Notes under the pieces: model-generated
What the model was told of the DNA's origin: nothing
The model's database searches: none
What the model saw: only the letters and a program-made list of their open reading frames with translations
Shown here: positions 13,801 to 28,800 of the stretch, piece by piece
Position numbering within the stretch: position 1 is the stretch's first letter
How the letters are laid out: each line of letters starts with the position of its first letter
Position numbers and translations under genes: made by a program
Assembly: GCA_051294905.1 (NCBI GenBank)
Contig: CM119371.1
Location: forward strand, 31,436,001 to 31,500,000
DNA length: 64,000 bases
Direction: 5' to 3'
Source: Botryllus schlosseri
Taxonomy: Eukaryota

Positions 13801-16800
13801 AACTATTGGTGACTAAGCCTATATATCTCACCGTCGCAAAGTTGTCCCGATTGCGGCTCACGACTCGAAGGTAACAAGCAAACAAATCGGCCTTTTCCGG
13901 AACTCCTGGTCCCGCGACAAAAAGTATCATAGCGACTGTACGATGAATTGAAGTTCCTCAACGGTGGCTCGTCCGACCCATCACTTTACATTAGAAAATC
14001 ATAGGGTAATTGAGATTGGTAAGAATTCAGCTGTTCATCATTAGGCACTAGCGCAGTTATTGCTGAACTGTGTGCCGCCACAGATTCTCCGGCGTGCCAG
14101 GACATTTTTGGCAATTGTTGAAAATAATTGTTGAATATTTTATTGAATCTACTCACAAATATTAAATCCTTCCACAAATCATGGACATACTGCATGGAGT
14201 TTCAAACGCACTGCAACAATGTTTTCCAGAATCTTTTGTTAACACCCTTGGGTATAGGTAGGCCTAATCCATTTAAAAGCAATGGATTACGCAATCTTTT
14301 TGCAGGAGAAGAACAGCTCATTGATTTACGAAAGGACCCGCTTTTAAACAAAATTGAATGAGTTTTTACTGTCTACTTTCAAATCCTATACCGTGATCGG
14401 TGCAAAGGAGAGCTAATTCTATAGTCGTTGCAACTTCACAGCTATGTGAACGGGGCCGTAACTGCCATAGCACTATATGCTAATATGAAAGGGTCCAAGC
14501 ACGAAATGGGGCCAAAATCATTTCGCAAATTAATAAAAAAAATAACATTTTTGACAGACAGCATAATCCTAGAATTCTTGACTGTTATAGGGGTACAACC
14601 CCTTCCAGGAAATTCAAATAAATATAAAAAATTACCAAGAATTGACAGTAAAGACACAATAACCGTACTCGGAAATTTAAGAACCAATATAGTAATATCA
14701 GGTTCTTCTCGAGGCAGCTGGAATGCTTTATTCTGCACAATCGGCTGGTTAGGGACAATATGGGACCGTCATTTTGGCTCAGGAATAATATTAACCACGT
14801 GGCGTGAACAATTGAACATGGCGATGAACAATTACGTGCCAAAAATATCATTGGAATCATCACCTCCATCATCTCTACCTGGTGATACGACTCGTTCGTG
14901 AGTCAAGTAACACCTCCTTTCGTTCGTTATGGAAGGAGTGTGTGCGTGTTTGTGAATCACATGTATGAAGCATAGTGATTGAATTACTCGTAGAAGAAAG
15001 GTTGAACACCCTATGGTTCTCAAGCCCATTAACACGCGATAATAACTTATTTGAAGCAGCAGAGTGTCGCGGGCGTTTTAGAATTTTTCTAGTGTGTGAC
15101 AAGCTGAAAAAGCTTGAAAACCACTGCACTAGGGGTTTGTGCAAGTCCCTAACACGTTCTGGTTCGTGTGGAAACTATTAAGTTACGCCACGTCAGATCA
15201 ATCGCTTTTCCCTTTCATTTCTAAGCTTTGCTTGTACATACCAGGTATAGTTGAAGGATTAGTGATTCATGAGAGTATCATATGATTAGTGCCGTCACTC
15301 ATGGCAATGTGACTCTAGTGACATGTTCTATCATGATCTTGAAACACGTTGTTGGAAACATTTTAATAGAGCTGGGGTCATATTTCGGTGCATAAGACTC
15401 ATTCATTTAAACGCAGCATTGTTGGGCTGCTAAAATAATTCTTGAAGTCCAAGAAAAATTCTGCACCACTGAACCCGAATCATTCACAGCTGCTTCAGGG
15501 AACACATCTAACGCGGGAAGATATGCTCGTTATCTCGCAGCATCTAGCTGCTAGCCAGGCTCGTGGTAGTAAAGGTGGAGTGAGACTCAATTCACATTTT
15601 AAAACCGTATGGGCGCAATCTTTAAAGTAAAAAGAAAAACGAAAATCACACTAATAGTCTGCAATGTTTATGTTCGATTTCCTTTCCTGATGCGGCCTCA
15701 TGGCAGTGAGTGATGGGTAAAATAACTTTGGAGGATCTTGGTCAAGTTGTTGACGTTACTATAGCCTCGTTCTTAGTGGGGCACAAGGATTTATCAACTG
15801 GGGCTCATGAACCCCTTGGGAGTCAGCGGACTAGGTCTAAGGGGTCCCTGACAGGCCAGTCACGCAACTGCAACTATAAACTTTTATTCTCCTTTAAAAC
15901 GTTTGCTCTTACTTCTGACTTGCGTCCTAATTTGATCTTATTTAATTTTCCATCGAATGGATTTTCATGTAATATACTATATCGCAATATGAGGCCATGA
16001 CAAAATTGATAAGCTATTTAATCACCAGCTTTTCCAGATTGCAAGATGAAGGTATCCTAGCAATTACAAAAGAGATTTTAGCGTACTGCGCTAAGACAGA
16101 CGTTAAGAATCGCTGGTGTAGAACATGCCAAGATTCGCTTGCGAACGCTAACTTCCGGATTGTCAAGTATCGCATACCAAACAAGGATATAAACTGAGCG
16201 TTCGTATTATTCTTGTTAGACACTTCGCATTATTCATTTCCTATTATGACAATTGTCGTCACAAAGAAGTTACTGTATCTTTACCACTAAGACGAGAGCA
16301 TTTTTTTAGCTTTTGAGGGATAATTACGCTGCAGATACCCGAGTAAATATATTACGTGAAAGCAAAGCTGCCTTCTGAGGAAATTATTACTACAATACCT
16401 GCTTACCTGCAATCTCGATTTCCATCGCAAAACATCCAGTTTGGGATACATGTCGAACCATCCGAACACGTGAACTCGTCAGTTTTGCATGACGAACCTT
16501 GATCGAATTTGATACATGTTGAGGGAGAGTTCCTTAACCTTGGTTAAATTTACTTTATAATTGATAGGGTACTATTTTTAATTTACAGCAATAGAATAAA
16601 CCAATTCGACCATAAGTAGCTCTTATGACAGAACATAAAGCAAGCATAGAAGTTGTCTTGCAAAAACTCTTTCATATTGTCCCACGCTATATTCCACATC
16701 AAAGAATTGATTTGGCGGAAAACACCACGCCATGGACTACGAGAATCTAGCATAGGAGTGTCATGGACAGAGTATTCGCACAAACTTTTTCGGTCAAATT

Positions 16801-19800
16801 GAAAACTTCCTACCGTCACAAAGATCATCTTGAAGCGGCATCACATTAGGCGGTAGTACGCAGATTGAACGAACTTGAGCAGTCGTGTAATAATCAGCTC
16901 TTCGTCGACAAAATGTAGCGTTCGGCGCGTAATCATAGCTGGAGTTTCTCAATGGCGGCTCGTCGGACCCGTCACTAAAATATAACAATTATAACCCGAA
17001 TCAACGATTTTTTAAGTAAAATATCGTCTCGTTCATTCACATTCATCGATGAAGGCAACCCAGTACATATCCAAGATATTGTACTTGAAGGTATAATATC
17101 CATAGTCCAGAAGGATAGACGAGGATGAGTTGTTTAGCACCGACCTATCTGGTTTAAAACTTTTGATCGACTTTCAAACATGTTAATCAGTGCGGTGTGG
17201 TGTATTTCAATTATAATTTCACATACCAGAGAACTAGGTTACTTGATAAGTAATGTGGGCTCTGCTGAATTCTAGAAGCAAACACGCTAGGACGCTATAG
17301 AAGTGTGAGCCGGTGTATTGTCAAGGCAGGAACACAAATTCCTTGCACAGCAGCAAGGGCACGGTAAATTTGGAACGCTAACGGTTGCTGTCTAGCATTA
17401 TCATTATTCATATTACAACAACTTAAGTTGACTGCCTCCATGGCGTGGAATGCATGGGATGAATGACTGAAATAAGCAACGTGTCTCGTTGAGCAAAGCA
17501 TGGTCTGGACTGCCGATGTCGAAACGAAGCCGCATTTGTAGTTTTGATACGGTCATAATCGCTGTTCAGGCTATATGAGAATGACTATTGTAAGTACTAT
17601 GGATGGTGTGACCGTGAGGTTACCGTTCGCGTTCTGTGTGTGAACCTCAGAAATGTAGAGGTTCACGTTCACAAACGAAGCTTGGTAGGTTCTGGACAGT
17701 GAACCCTTTTCATATATTACAATTATCACTTCATAGTAACATCTTTGGTTGAAATTTACTGCATTTGAGCTGCATGGAGCTGGCAGCATAACAATCAACA
17801 CTAAACGTGCGTGCACCTAGACAATCTCAAAAATTTTACTTGAATTGTTCCAAAAGTGTGCTCGAAATATCCAGCTTTCCGTTTGTGAGTATTTAAAATG
17901 ACTCTGCTGTGGCCTTGACAACAACATCAAGAACGAACATTCACCAACTGTAGGTAGTCAGTGAATGATGCTTATTCAACAAATCAATGAAATTGATAAA
18001 GCTGTCTAATGTAGAAAATCTAGCCAGCGCACGGGGTAACATAAAAACCGAATCCGTATGATTGGGGTGTTGGCTATTACTGTATAACTTGTTAATGATG
18101 TGCTTTCGGTGGAAAGTATAGAATCCATTATACACGCTTCTAAATATCAACGTAGCAACACTCAGACGCCGAGTACATTGTCCGGTCTGGCCTATAGACC
18201 GTTAAGGCGTGAGCAGTGGTGGATTTTGGGGAGGGCAAGGTGGGCGGTCGCACAGGCGCCTGATCGAAAGGCCCACTTTTTCTTTTAGGCAATTTTTCAA
18301 GTAATATACGGAATAAACGTGGAAATCCGTGTACTTATCAAAAAGATGACTACGTAAAGATGGGTCAATCATCAAATCTCTGCATTTGTTAAAATAATTC
18401 CATATCCCGCTAATCATCAAGTCTCTGTATGCGGTAGAGGTACTTAAGTTTGATGTAGTCTATCCTTGCACACATACAATAATATATATGACCTAATGCA
18501 GCGCTTGTTCAAACCTTGACGTGGTATGCTGGCTTATTACTAATGCCGGCCGAAAGCTTTCTAGATTAGTGTGGTCTATTTAGCGTGCAGCAGTTGTGTC
18601 GCTATTCGGTTATTTCACGCTACACGCTATACATCTTCAACATGAAAACATGAGCAATAGATAACTGGGTCACTCCTTTTATAATTTGACAATGAATGAT
18701 GAAAGAAGGCTCAGGAGCTAGAACAATTCCACATTGAAGCCCACTTCAAAGCCGTATAATAGTGTCATACACACAACACGTAATACTTACAGCCCCCCAC
18801 ACTTGAAATTGTCGCCCAGTCCCCCCCCCCCACACACACACACAATCGTATGGTCACCACTGGGCGAATGCTTATATAGCAAGCAATGTTCCCTCTAAGC
18901 TGCGCACGTGCGCAAATGCGCAGTGCTGAAACGGTCTCTGCGCACAGAAAATTAACGCTGCGCACAAGAAATTAGAAATGATGTTTTTTTTATAGTTGTT
19001 GCGCACTGTTGTCCATGGACCAAGCAGGCGCGCAGATTCGTGAAAATTAAGACGGAACATTGCCAGGGCCAAATATTGTTATCACTGAAGTCTGAAACCG
19101 AGGTACAAGTGCGCCCCGCGAAGGTAACTATTGCGCTCCGTTAAGAAATGACAATTCACCATCACGTGCGCCTCGCGGAAGATATTTTTTAAGTATTGTC
19201 TCGTATGCGTGAGCGATACTGATATCGCTGAAATAACATGGTTTGACAAAGTTATGAATAACAATGGGCTAGTTCGAAGTTAATCTGCGAGAAACTAACG
19301 AATAGTCTTCTCCGCGTGTATTGTATTTATTGAACAATTTTTGGCGCTTATCGCCGATAAGGTCATTTGCGCCCGATCATGAATATTGTCCGTTTTGCTT
19401 GGCCTTTGCTTGTGGTACGATTTCTCAGGACGACTTCCAGTCACACTCTCATTCACGTCTTTCACGCGCGTCCTCGTCAGAGTCAGTTGCAGCCGATTTT
19501 CGTAAGCTCGACTTTACTTGCTTCGTCTGGGCTTTTCGTACGACACTGCATATGCAGTGAGGTCAGCGATGAGGAGCCCAGATCCGCGTGTCATGAACAT
19601 TGCGTAAGATTTACTCAGGACCGTAACTTTCGCACCTCAAACCACCCGGTTGGAGGGGCCGAGCTCGAAGGCGGTTCAAAATTATTTCGAGAATTAACAT
19701 AAATCATGGTGTATTTTTTTGGAATTTTTCAGGAATTATTTTTCGCCCTACGCGCGTTTTATTATGTTCAGATATCTGATTATTCGGTACCCGTTCCCAA

Positions 19801-22800
19801 CAAAAATTACGCATGATTCATAAATATGGGCAGTTGGGCGTCGGCCATTATCGCACCATGACGCGCCAAGACATATGATGTCAAAGGCTATGTAACATGC
19901 GACTCCAAGAAGTGCGCCAGAACGATCAGCAGCGAGAAAACCTTGGGCGAAAAGGACTGCCCCGGTGCTGACCAAAACCTTCGATGTATACAAATATATG
20001 TGTAATTGTCATGTCCATAGACGCCTAAATGACTGGCGCCGAATGTTCCTGTCCTGGCGATCCAAGTACCACAATAAGACAAAAGCCATATCGAAGGAAC
20101 ATTATTTTCCAGTTAAGAAATACCAATTTGAAATAGTGTACGTCTTTTACTTTAGTACGTTTTGGCGATTTCAATATTTTTTGACATAGCAGATAGGGGG
20201 TCAGGACATAGCATCATGTAACGAAGTCATTATATCAACGAGTACGCCCGAATATGTTATATTATTATTTCGAGGGCCTATCTATTCCAACACACCTCAC
20301 TGGATCAGCTCTACCGGTAAATCTGATTATGTGAGCAGGGTGAGGATAAAAATTAATAGCAATATATAGGCAATTCCCGATCATATTGGCCGATGCAATC
20401 ATGAATTATAGAATTTTTTCGCGCATGGCGCGTTTATGGACGCTACTACTTATTATTCACCCAATATAGATGATAAGTACCGGGAAAAGCCTATAGCCCA
20501 AGGGGGTCTGGGGGGCTAAGCCCCCAGTAGTTAGTTTTATCACCCTATTGGAGTGTGGTTGCGCACTGTTGTCCGAGGGCCTGCGCAGTGAGTTGGCGTG
20601 TTTGCGCAGACTCTTGAAAAATTAGAGGGAACATTGCTTGCAAGTCCCCGTCAAAATGACTCGCAAAGCGACTAAAGATATTTATTTCATTGGAAATTTA
20701 TATCATTTGATTGCCCCAGTTGATACATTTGGCGACGTTTAGAAAGTCAGTATGTACTTCAGCATTCTGGCATCATGTGGCCCAAGTCGTCGCTGGTTCT
20801 CGTGTACATTATTATATCACAACACTAGAATTTAGGGTTGTAATTAGCAATATGACGTCACGTGGCGTGATGAGGCTCACGTTCGCACAGAAATTTTCAG
20901 AGGTTCACACCACCCTTAGTAGCTTCCCATCACACGCCAGTATAACCGCCTATACAAACCTGTTTTCAACTCGAACCTGTGAGTTTTTATTGTCATATTT
21001 CTTTTGTTACAGTATTTAATATTTGGCCGGAACCAGTGGTTCTCAACCTTTTTCACCTCACTGTTGGGATGACTCGAGTCATGACCTGACTCGGCGTCTC
21101 AAAACCGTGGACTTACTCGTGACCAGGACCAAAACAGCACTTCGTCATCCCCCTCCCCCTTAAAAAAACGTTGGTCGTGGGCCCCCGTAGGGTGATAAAC
21201 CAAACTTATGGGGGCTTAACCCTCAGACCCCAACAGCATATACGTTTTGTCCGCTATTTATCAGCGACATACGTTGTGCTGTGTGTCAGCTCGAGTCACC
21301 TAACCGCACCAAGTGCAAAAATATCATACAATTTATGATTGAATAGGTCAATATGATCGGAATTGTATATAAATTGCTATCAATCTTTAATCTCTCTCTG
21401 CTCACGTAATGAGATATACCAGTAGAGCTGAGTGGACCCGTTGGTATATTGACTTCGATGCAGGATTTTATTTCGTGACCTCCTGTCTGCTATGTCAAAA
21501 GATACTGAAATCGCCCAAACGAACTAAACTAAAAGAGGCAAACGATTTCAAATTGTCATTTCTTTACTGGCTAATAACTTTTCTCTGCGGGATTGCATTA
21601 TTCTTGTGGGGTTCGGATTGCCAGGACAGTAATATCCGGAGCCAGCCATTTAGGTGCCTATCGAAAATTAAACATATATGCATATATATATATATATATA
21701 TATATTCGGGTCAGCATAAGGGCAGTCTTTGTCGGTGAAGGTTTTTCCGCTGCCGATCATCCTGGTCTAAAACTTCAGATGTCGTGGTGCGTCGTGGCGC
21801 GGTAATAACCGACGTCGAAATGCCCATTTCTATAGATCATGCGTTGCTTGTTGGGGGTAGGTTACCAAATATTCAATAGATCTGGCAACAATAAATCGCG
21901 CCAACAGTGCGAAAAATATTTGAGGAAGATGCATAAATGTTCCAAAAAAATGCTACATAATTTATGCTAATTCACGAAATAATTTTGACCTCCGTCGGCA
22001 AGTCACAAATAAATTGACCGCTAACGTAGGGATTAGAGGTTACATTGTCGGAGACTAGTAGTATTCTATCAGTAGCAGTGTCTTTCTGCTCAGCACCAAT
22101 CTTAACGAACTTCTTGCATAATTTAAATCGGACTGCTATATTAGTTTATACATTTATATTACTCGTCAACAATTGGTACAGTCTTCAATTGCATCTTATG
22201 GATATATAGGTGGATTGAGTATTGGATCATATCAATTTCTTTGAAGTTCTGAGATTTCATATTCTGTCCTCCATTTGGCGGACAGTCACCGACGTGGCCT
22301 AATACGTCTACGTATCGGCTATTTGAGCCATACAGTGCCTATTGAAGGGATAATTACCTCGATATTCGTATCTCGATTCATAATGCCTAGTAAATCAATA
22401 TGTACTACAATCAGCTCGCAAAATTGAATGGCTTGAATCATGCCTCGAACTGCGAAAATTCGACACGACTCGAGTCACCTTCAAAAATCTAGTGACATGA
22501 CTTGACTCGAGTTGACTTGTGACTCGAATGTAGTGGGTTGTTCCCAACACTGGACCAATCACCTTGTTGTGCTACCTTGCTCATTTCCCACTACCACCAG
22601 TCGTACTGGGAATGCAATACGCCGCACGGAAACACCTGGCAACCGCGATCCATATCCATAAAATGAATGAATTGATAACTAATGATCGTGCAAACTGCGC
22701 GGTATAGCGAGTCAGCTCGTATACTTGTCGCTCGGATGTCGTCAGAGGATACGGCTTTAACTTCAAGTTAAATCGAACATGTTTCCAGGCTTCATGTCAC

Positions 22801-25800
22801 CTCAGGAAGTTTTGAAAATGTTGATGTTGCTGTTTTATTACATTAATTGACAAGCCTTCCACATTTTGCATCTTGAAATTAAGGTATAAAATTTTAAAAT
22901 ACCTGGCGGACCTGCGGTTGAGAACCCCTGACCTGAACCGTTGCCGTATGCCCTTATGAAGTAATGTTTTTTTTTTGTAGTTTACCCGAAATAGCTACTC
23001 ATATATTGTCATGTCGGAGTTTTTCGGAATTGATGTGAGTCATTTCATGAATACGGCTCATGAAATGCCTTCGTGTTACACACACTCGAAATTTTGAAAT
23101 TGTATGGCTCATTTATAGCTCAGGACGTGCTAATACCAAGAAATAATTATGCGCGTGTATGTGTTTGGTTGGGATTCCCTACACGCACTCAACAAAAACC
23201 TTGGTGGTAAAATGTCGGACTGTATCCAGTGATAGTGACATTGCAGCTTGACACTTGTTATTTAGGTGGCAACTATAACAATAAATCTCATGACCCAGCT
23301 CAATGAAGTCGAATTTAACTAAAAGTAAGATTACCATAATTTTGCGGGTCAAATTCCGGACACTCTTTACTGCCCACTAGCGAGTTTTACAATGATGTAT
23401 GCTCACATTTTAAGCAAATATGACGTCACACTAGTAAAAATTAGCTGTATATACGAGTGAAGTGGAGCATAGGTTCTGAATTTAGCCATCTCTAATGTGA
23501 GCTCTGGTGATTGTATGGGTCTACAACAGATTTCTTCACGGGCTGGATGAAATCGTCTGGTCGACCTTTTCAAGTCCGCCGCCGGCTCCGTGTTTTACAG
23601 CCCCGATATACTGTTCGGTCGGTGCGGTTATTCGGTTGTGTGTTGTAACCAGGCCCGAAACAATATTTTCTCAGGTCCCTTCCGCCCCAAAAAACACTGA
23701 TCTTTGAGCCATCATGGGGTAACCGATGCAACTTCTTGGGGCCTTACTATATGCATCTGCTTATTGAAATTTGTCAATGAATTATGTCAATACTATTGGT
23801 TCTTCCATATATTTCTATAAAATACAACAGTAGGTTGCACATCCGCTGGTTTCCAACCGTTTATGGCTGCGAACTTATATCCAGTTGGAAGATGTTCCGT
23901 AGTCAAGCTCAGGGAATAAGCTGATTAATAAAAAAAAGTCAGCTTGCCCAGACTTACTGACTATTATGGAAGCTGAAAACGGCCAACATATTCGCGAGTC
24001 CCAGAATAAAGGCAAACGACCCCCAGGTGTTGAACGACTGTCTTTGACTAAAGCATGTGAACGATTGTGATTACAATAAGACTTATTTCAGTAAATGATG
24101 GTAATTTTTGTTTACTATTGATTGCATTTTTTTGCGAGGGCGGTGCGTGGTTCCCATATTAATATTAGGATATTTATATTAGGTATTAAATCACGCGCGG
24201 CGCGAAAAAAAAAATTCGAATAGCATAAATCTGCTCAAAATATCGTTATGTATGTTGATTTACGAATAAATTTTGAGCCTACTTCAAGCCCTGAAAAATG
24301 CGGACATTAAGGCATATTTTAGAATTACCTCCCGGACGCAGTTTTTACAGTGAAATTCCTGACATGTCCGGGAAATTCCGGACGTATGGCAACTAGGGTT
24401 ATGACATGAAAAAAAATTAGAATTTTTTTGTGTCCTGTAGTCACAAATGATGAACTTCTTTGTCCTGATTTCAAAATTCAGGAAAGTTAAGACTGTGTTA
24501 AAGACTGGCTCTCTTATCTAGATACATACTATATGATATATACCTCGACTGATTTAACTGGTCCAATTTCAATTGCCAAGATTTAAAATAGTATTTTGAT
24601 AAGTCGTTATTGCCCAGATCGAATTAATCGTATCGTGTTCATGTCTACAGTCAAAAATAAATATTTAATAAATAATCATTAATTTAGATTTTGGATGTAG
24701 ACTGCATATAACGTATACTTTCAATTTGCCTGACGCACATCAAACTGGGTGTTCGAAAAGGCGGAAGTAGAGCAACTCAAGATGTTTTCAGCGGCCTAGA
24801 AAGCCGATTAGAGGAATATGATGCTTAAGAAAATTTGAAAATGTCATATCATATGTGACACAGCGTCTGTTAATGCCGGGCGTCGGAATGGCGTTGTTGT
24901 GAAACTGCAAAATGCAATGATTAGCAGGCGTTTTTATAAACCACAATATATTGGTTGCCAACATCATACTATCGAGTCTTAAAGCATACATCAGAGCTCT
25001 TCAATCCAACGTCTTCAACAAATCCAACTCTCAGCTACAAATTTGGAGATGACATGGTAAAACACTACAAAAATATGGTATAATCCACCAAGTCAGAAAT
25101 TTAGATGAAAATATTAGAAAACCGAGGATGGAGGGATGATTTTAAGATTATCTTTGAGCTGTGCAGAGCATGCCGCTCTTCAAAGAAAATGGTAGATTAC
25201 CACTAATCAAATGGCATAAACTTCCATCTCTACGCAATGCGAGATGGAGCTCAGGGGCCACGATTGCGTATTTACAGATCCCCAGATGGAGAGTAACTCT
25301 AGCGATATCATGCTTTTTCATCACAAACGCATGTCAGGAAGCCTGGTATTCTAACAAGAAGTCCAAAAATGGAATACACTAGAGCCCGACCGATTATCGG
25401 ATGGCTGATAATATCGAGACGATAACCCACTTTGAATGAATTATCGGTATCGAATTATCGGTAAGTGATAAGCTGCTATCTTTGAGCTCGAACGTCCTGC
25501 AGCGATACAGTGCCATAAAACTCCATAGGAAGTAGGGTAAGTCCGTTGTAGATGTCCCGGCCACTAACATGATTACCCAATGGGAGGTCAAATTGATAGA
25601 AGAACCTTACCAGCAGTACAAAAGGGGAAATATGTGAAGAATAAATTTGTAGCAAAGAATAATTTTTGAATTGTAATTTTTTTCTTTATTTGGACCAATG
25701 TCGAATATTGAAGTTACTATGTGCGGGACATTTTTTACAATTCGAACAAAATAATTATAATTTTATTAATTTATATCCAAATGTTCATTAATTCCTGCTA

Positions 25801-28800
25801 CAGGTCATTTTTTTTTTCAAGTCATAACCCTAATGGCAACCTTACATTATAGCTGGAGACTTGGAAAACACCGAAACAATTGGGAATATTATTGTTCTTG
25901 GTTACGCTTTAGGCGGTATATGTATTGTACATGCAGCGATGGACAGAGTCAAAGTGCATACCGACAATCATTCTTTCCATCACAGAAGTTCTGACGTGGA
26001 ATACAAGCAGAGCCATCGGAACATGGATATTCTCTCTTTAGGCATGTCGGATCTGAATGAAATGCAATATGTAACCTAAGCAATTAAAGTTGAGTATTGT
26101 AATTAAAAAAGGATGACTAACGATTAAGCGGCGCCCGTTTAATATCGATCGATGTATCCTTAGGTAATAAATGCTATCTAAATTGTTATCTAGGCTCCTC
26201 CTCGCCATCCCATTCGTGCAAGCGGAGTCTTATAAAAGCCTGCGGAAGTTGGTCGTGATACAAGTCTGCAGTTACGGAATAAAAAATGAAGAAAATTGGC
26301 CTTTCGTTCAGTGGTTTATATTAACGGTATCCAATGAGCGAATCATCGCAATTTGTCATCCCCATTGTTAGCGAATAACGGTGTTGCTAGAACGGAGTCG
26401 CTATGATCCGTGATATAAAATATAATACTATTTTGCATGGTGGTTGATAATAAAGCATTCCAGTGAAAAACTAAGCTATGGATTTGAAGATAACATTTTG
26501 GATCATTTGACACTTTTATTATATTGAAGCGAATTCTGTAGCTGCATTTGTTGACATACGTGGTCGAGTCTCAAAAATCCACGACGTCGATTAGATATGA
26601 ACGATTGCCGAGAATCCATTTCCTCAAAGATATGTGGCGGGGAATGTCATGATAACGCGTGAAGTTTCCGACGACACCTTCTTCAGGTATAATCGCATGT
26701 TGCAACATATATGGCACCAAATTACGAAACGTATTTTAATGGACATATAACGTCTAGCCTAACGTCTAGCAGCTCATCTTGAAGTTATTCGGAATAACGG
26801 TTATGCATATCACGCGAAAAAATGGGTTTTTGCAAACAAATGTTTCTATAACCCCACAAAACAGATCGAAACAGCAATATATTTAGTCTACTGGAAATTT
26901 GGCAATTGGAATGAATTTGTACAGTAGAATATTTCATCTCATATGGCCATTCTGTTTATGTGGGTCCTGAGGTTTTAGCAGTTATGGAGTGAAAATGCCT
27001 CGGGATTTCTCTATTTAAAAAAAATCCTAATTAGAGTTATCAACCATCTTGGAAAAATTAGAAGCTTCGCGGACCCCTGAAAATGCTTCACGGACCCCGG
27101 TTGACAACCACCGTTTTCGTCCAACGAAAACTGATAAACGCCACTAGCAACGGGCGAAATTGTCGAAAAATTGTTGGATTACCGTGATACAGCGGCCATT
27201 TTACTCCTTTGATATGACAATTTTCCTCACATACGTGACGAATCTATCAGATACCGTCCACTTCACGAAACTCATAATGTGGATAATAATTAATTTTGCT
27301 GCAAAAGCAGAGGTATACATATTGTCGAAAAACATAACTTTTGGTTGAGTATAAAGTGCAATTATAGACGAACCCTACTTCAGTTCATCCGAAATGTTGA
27401 AGGACTTCGTTACTGAGGACCTACGAGTGAATATGCACTAATTTGAACATCAGAACTATCGCAAGTAAACTGAATTATGCAACACAGACGCTTACCTCTG
27501 CATCGTAATATTTCAGCAGCTTCAGGGGTAACCATGCATACATTTCTTGGTAAGTCGATAAATACTGCTCTTCCGTTACATGCAGTCAAATTGTTACCAC
27601 GAGCTATAGAGTGGTTGCGATATAGCTCGTCCGATCCATCACTTAACACATATCAACATATCCGTAATTATTATGTATTAACTACACCATCAGAGATTTT
27701 CAACATTATTGTTCTCTAGGGATGGTGTGAACGGGAGGTTCACGTTCACAAACGAACCTTGGTAGGTTATGTACTGTAAACCTTTTTCATTTATTACAAT
27801 TTCCCACGTCATTATAACATCTTTGGTTTAAATTATTTGCATTTCAACTGCGGGAAACTTTATGCATGGCGCTTGCTGCATAAAAAATCAACAATAAACG
27901 AGAATGCACCTTGACAATCTTAAAAATTCTACTTGCTTTGTTACAAATGTTTGCTCCAAATATCCAGTTTTCCGTTTGTTAATGTTTAGGGACTATGTTG
28001 TGAGCCTGACAAGCTATCGAACAACATCAAGAGCGAAATACGCTAGATATAGGTTGTCAGCGAATGATGCGTATTCAATCAATGAATGAAATTCATATAA
28101 AGGACACATCGTTGTTCAATGTAAAGAATCTAGCAGACGTATGGGGTCCATCTTGATTTGATATGTTTATTTTGTCATAAAAAACAAATCCGTTGATTGG
28201 GGTGTTGGCTACTCATGCATAACTTGTTAATATGATATTATCGGTAGCAAGTTTACATACCCGTTTTACACTCTGCTTAATATCAATGTAGCAATAATCA
28301 GACGCCGAATACATTGTCAGGTCTGATCTAGACCGTCACGGCATAAGCTTATATTTCGTTGCAAGTACTCGTCGAAATTGTTGGCAAAGCAACGGAAGAT
28401 ATTGATTTTATGGGATAATTATATCATATGATTGCTCCAGTTGATACATTTGGCGACGGTTAAAAAGTCACTATGTACTTTAACTTTGTGGCATAATTTG
28501 ACCCAATTTGTCGCTAGGTAGGCTATCGTGTACAGTACGTAAATATATCAATTCATTGAAATGTAGGATTGAAATTAGCAATATGATGTCACGAGGTTCA
28601 CGTTCGCGTTCACACAGAACCTTTAAAAAAGATTCGCATTCACACGAACCTGAGCCTTTCAGAGGTTCACACCATCCTTAGTAACTACCATCCACACGTC
28701 AGTATAGCCGCCTATACAGACCTGTTTTCAACCCGAACCTGTAAGTTGTTATTGTCAATTTTATTTTGTTGCAATATTCAATGTACGACCTGAACCAGTG

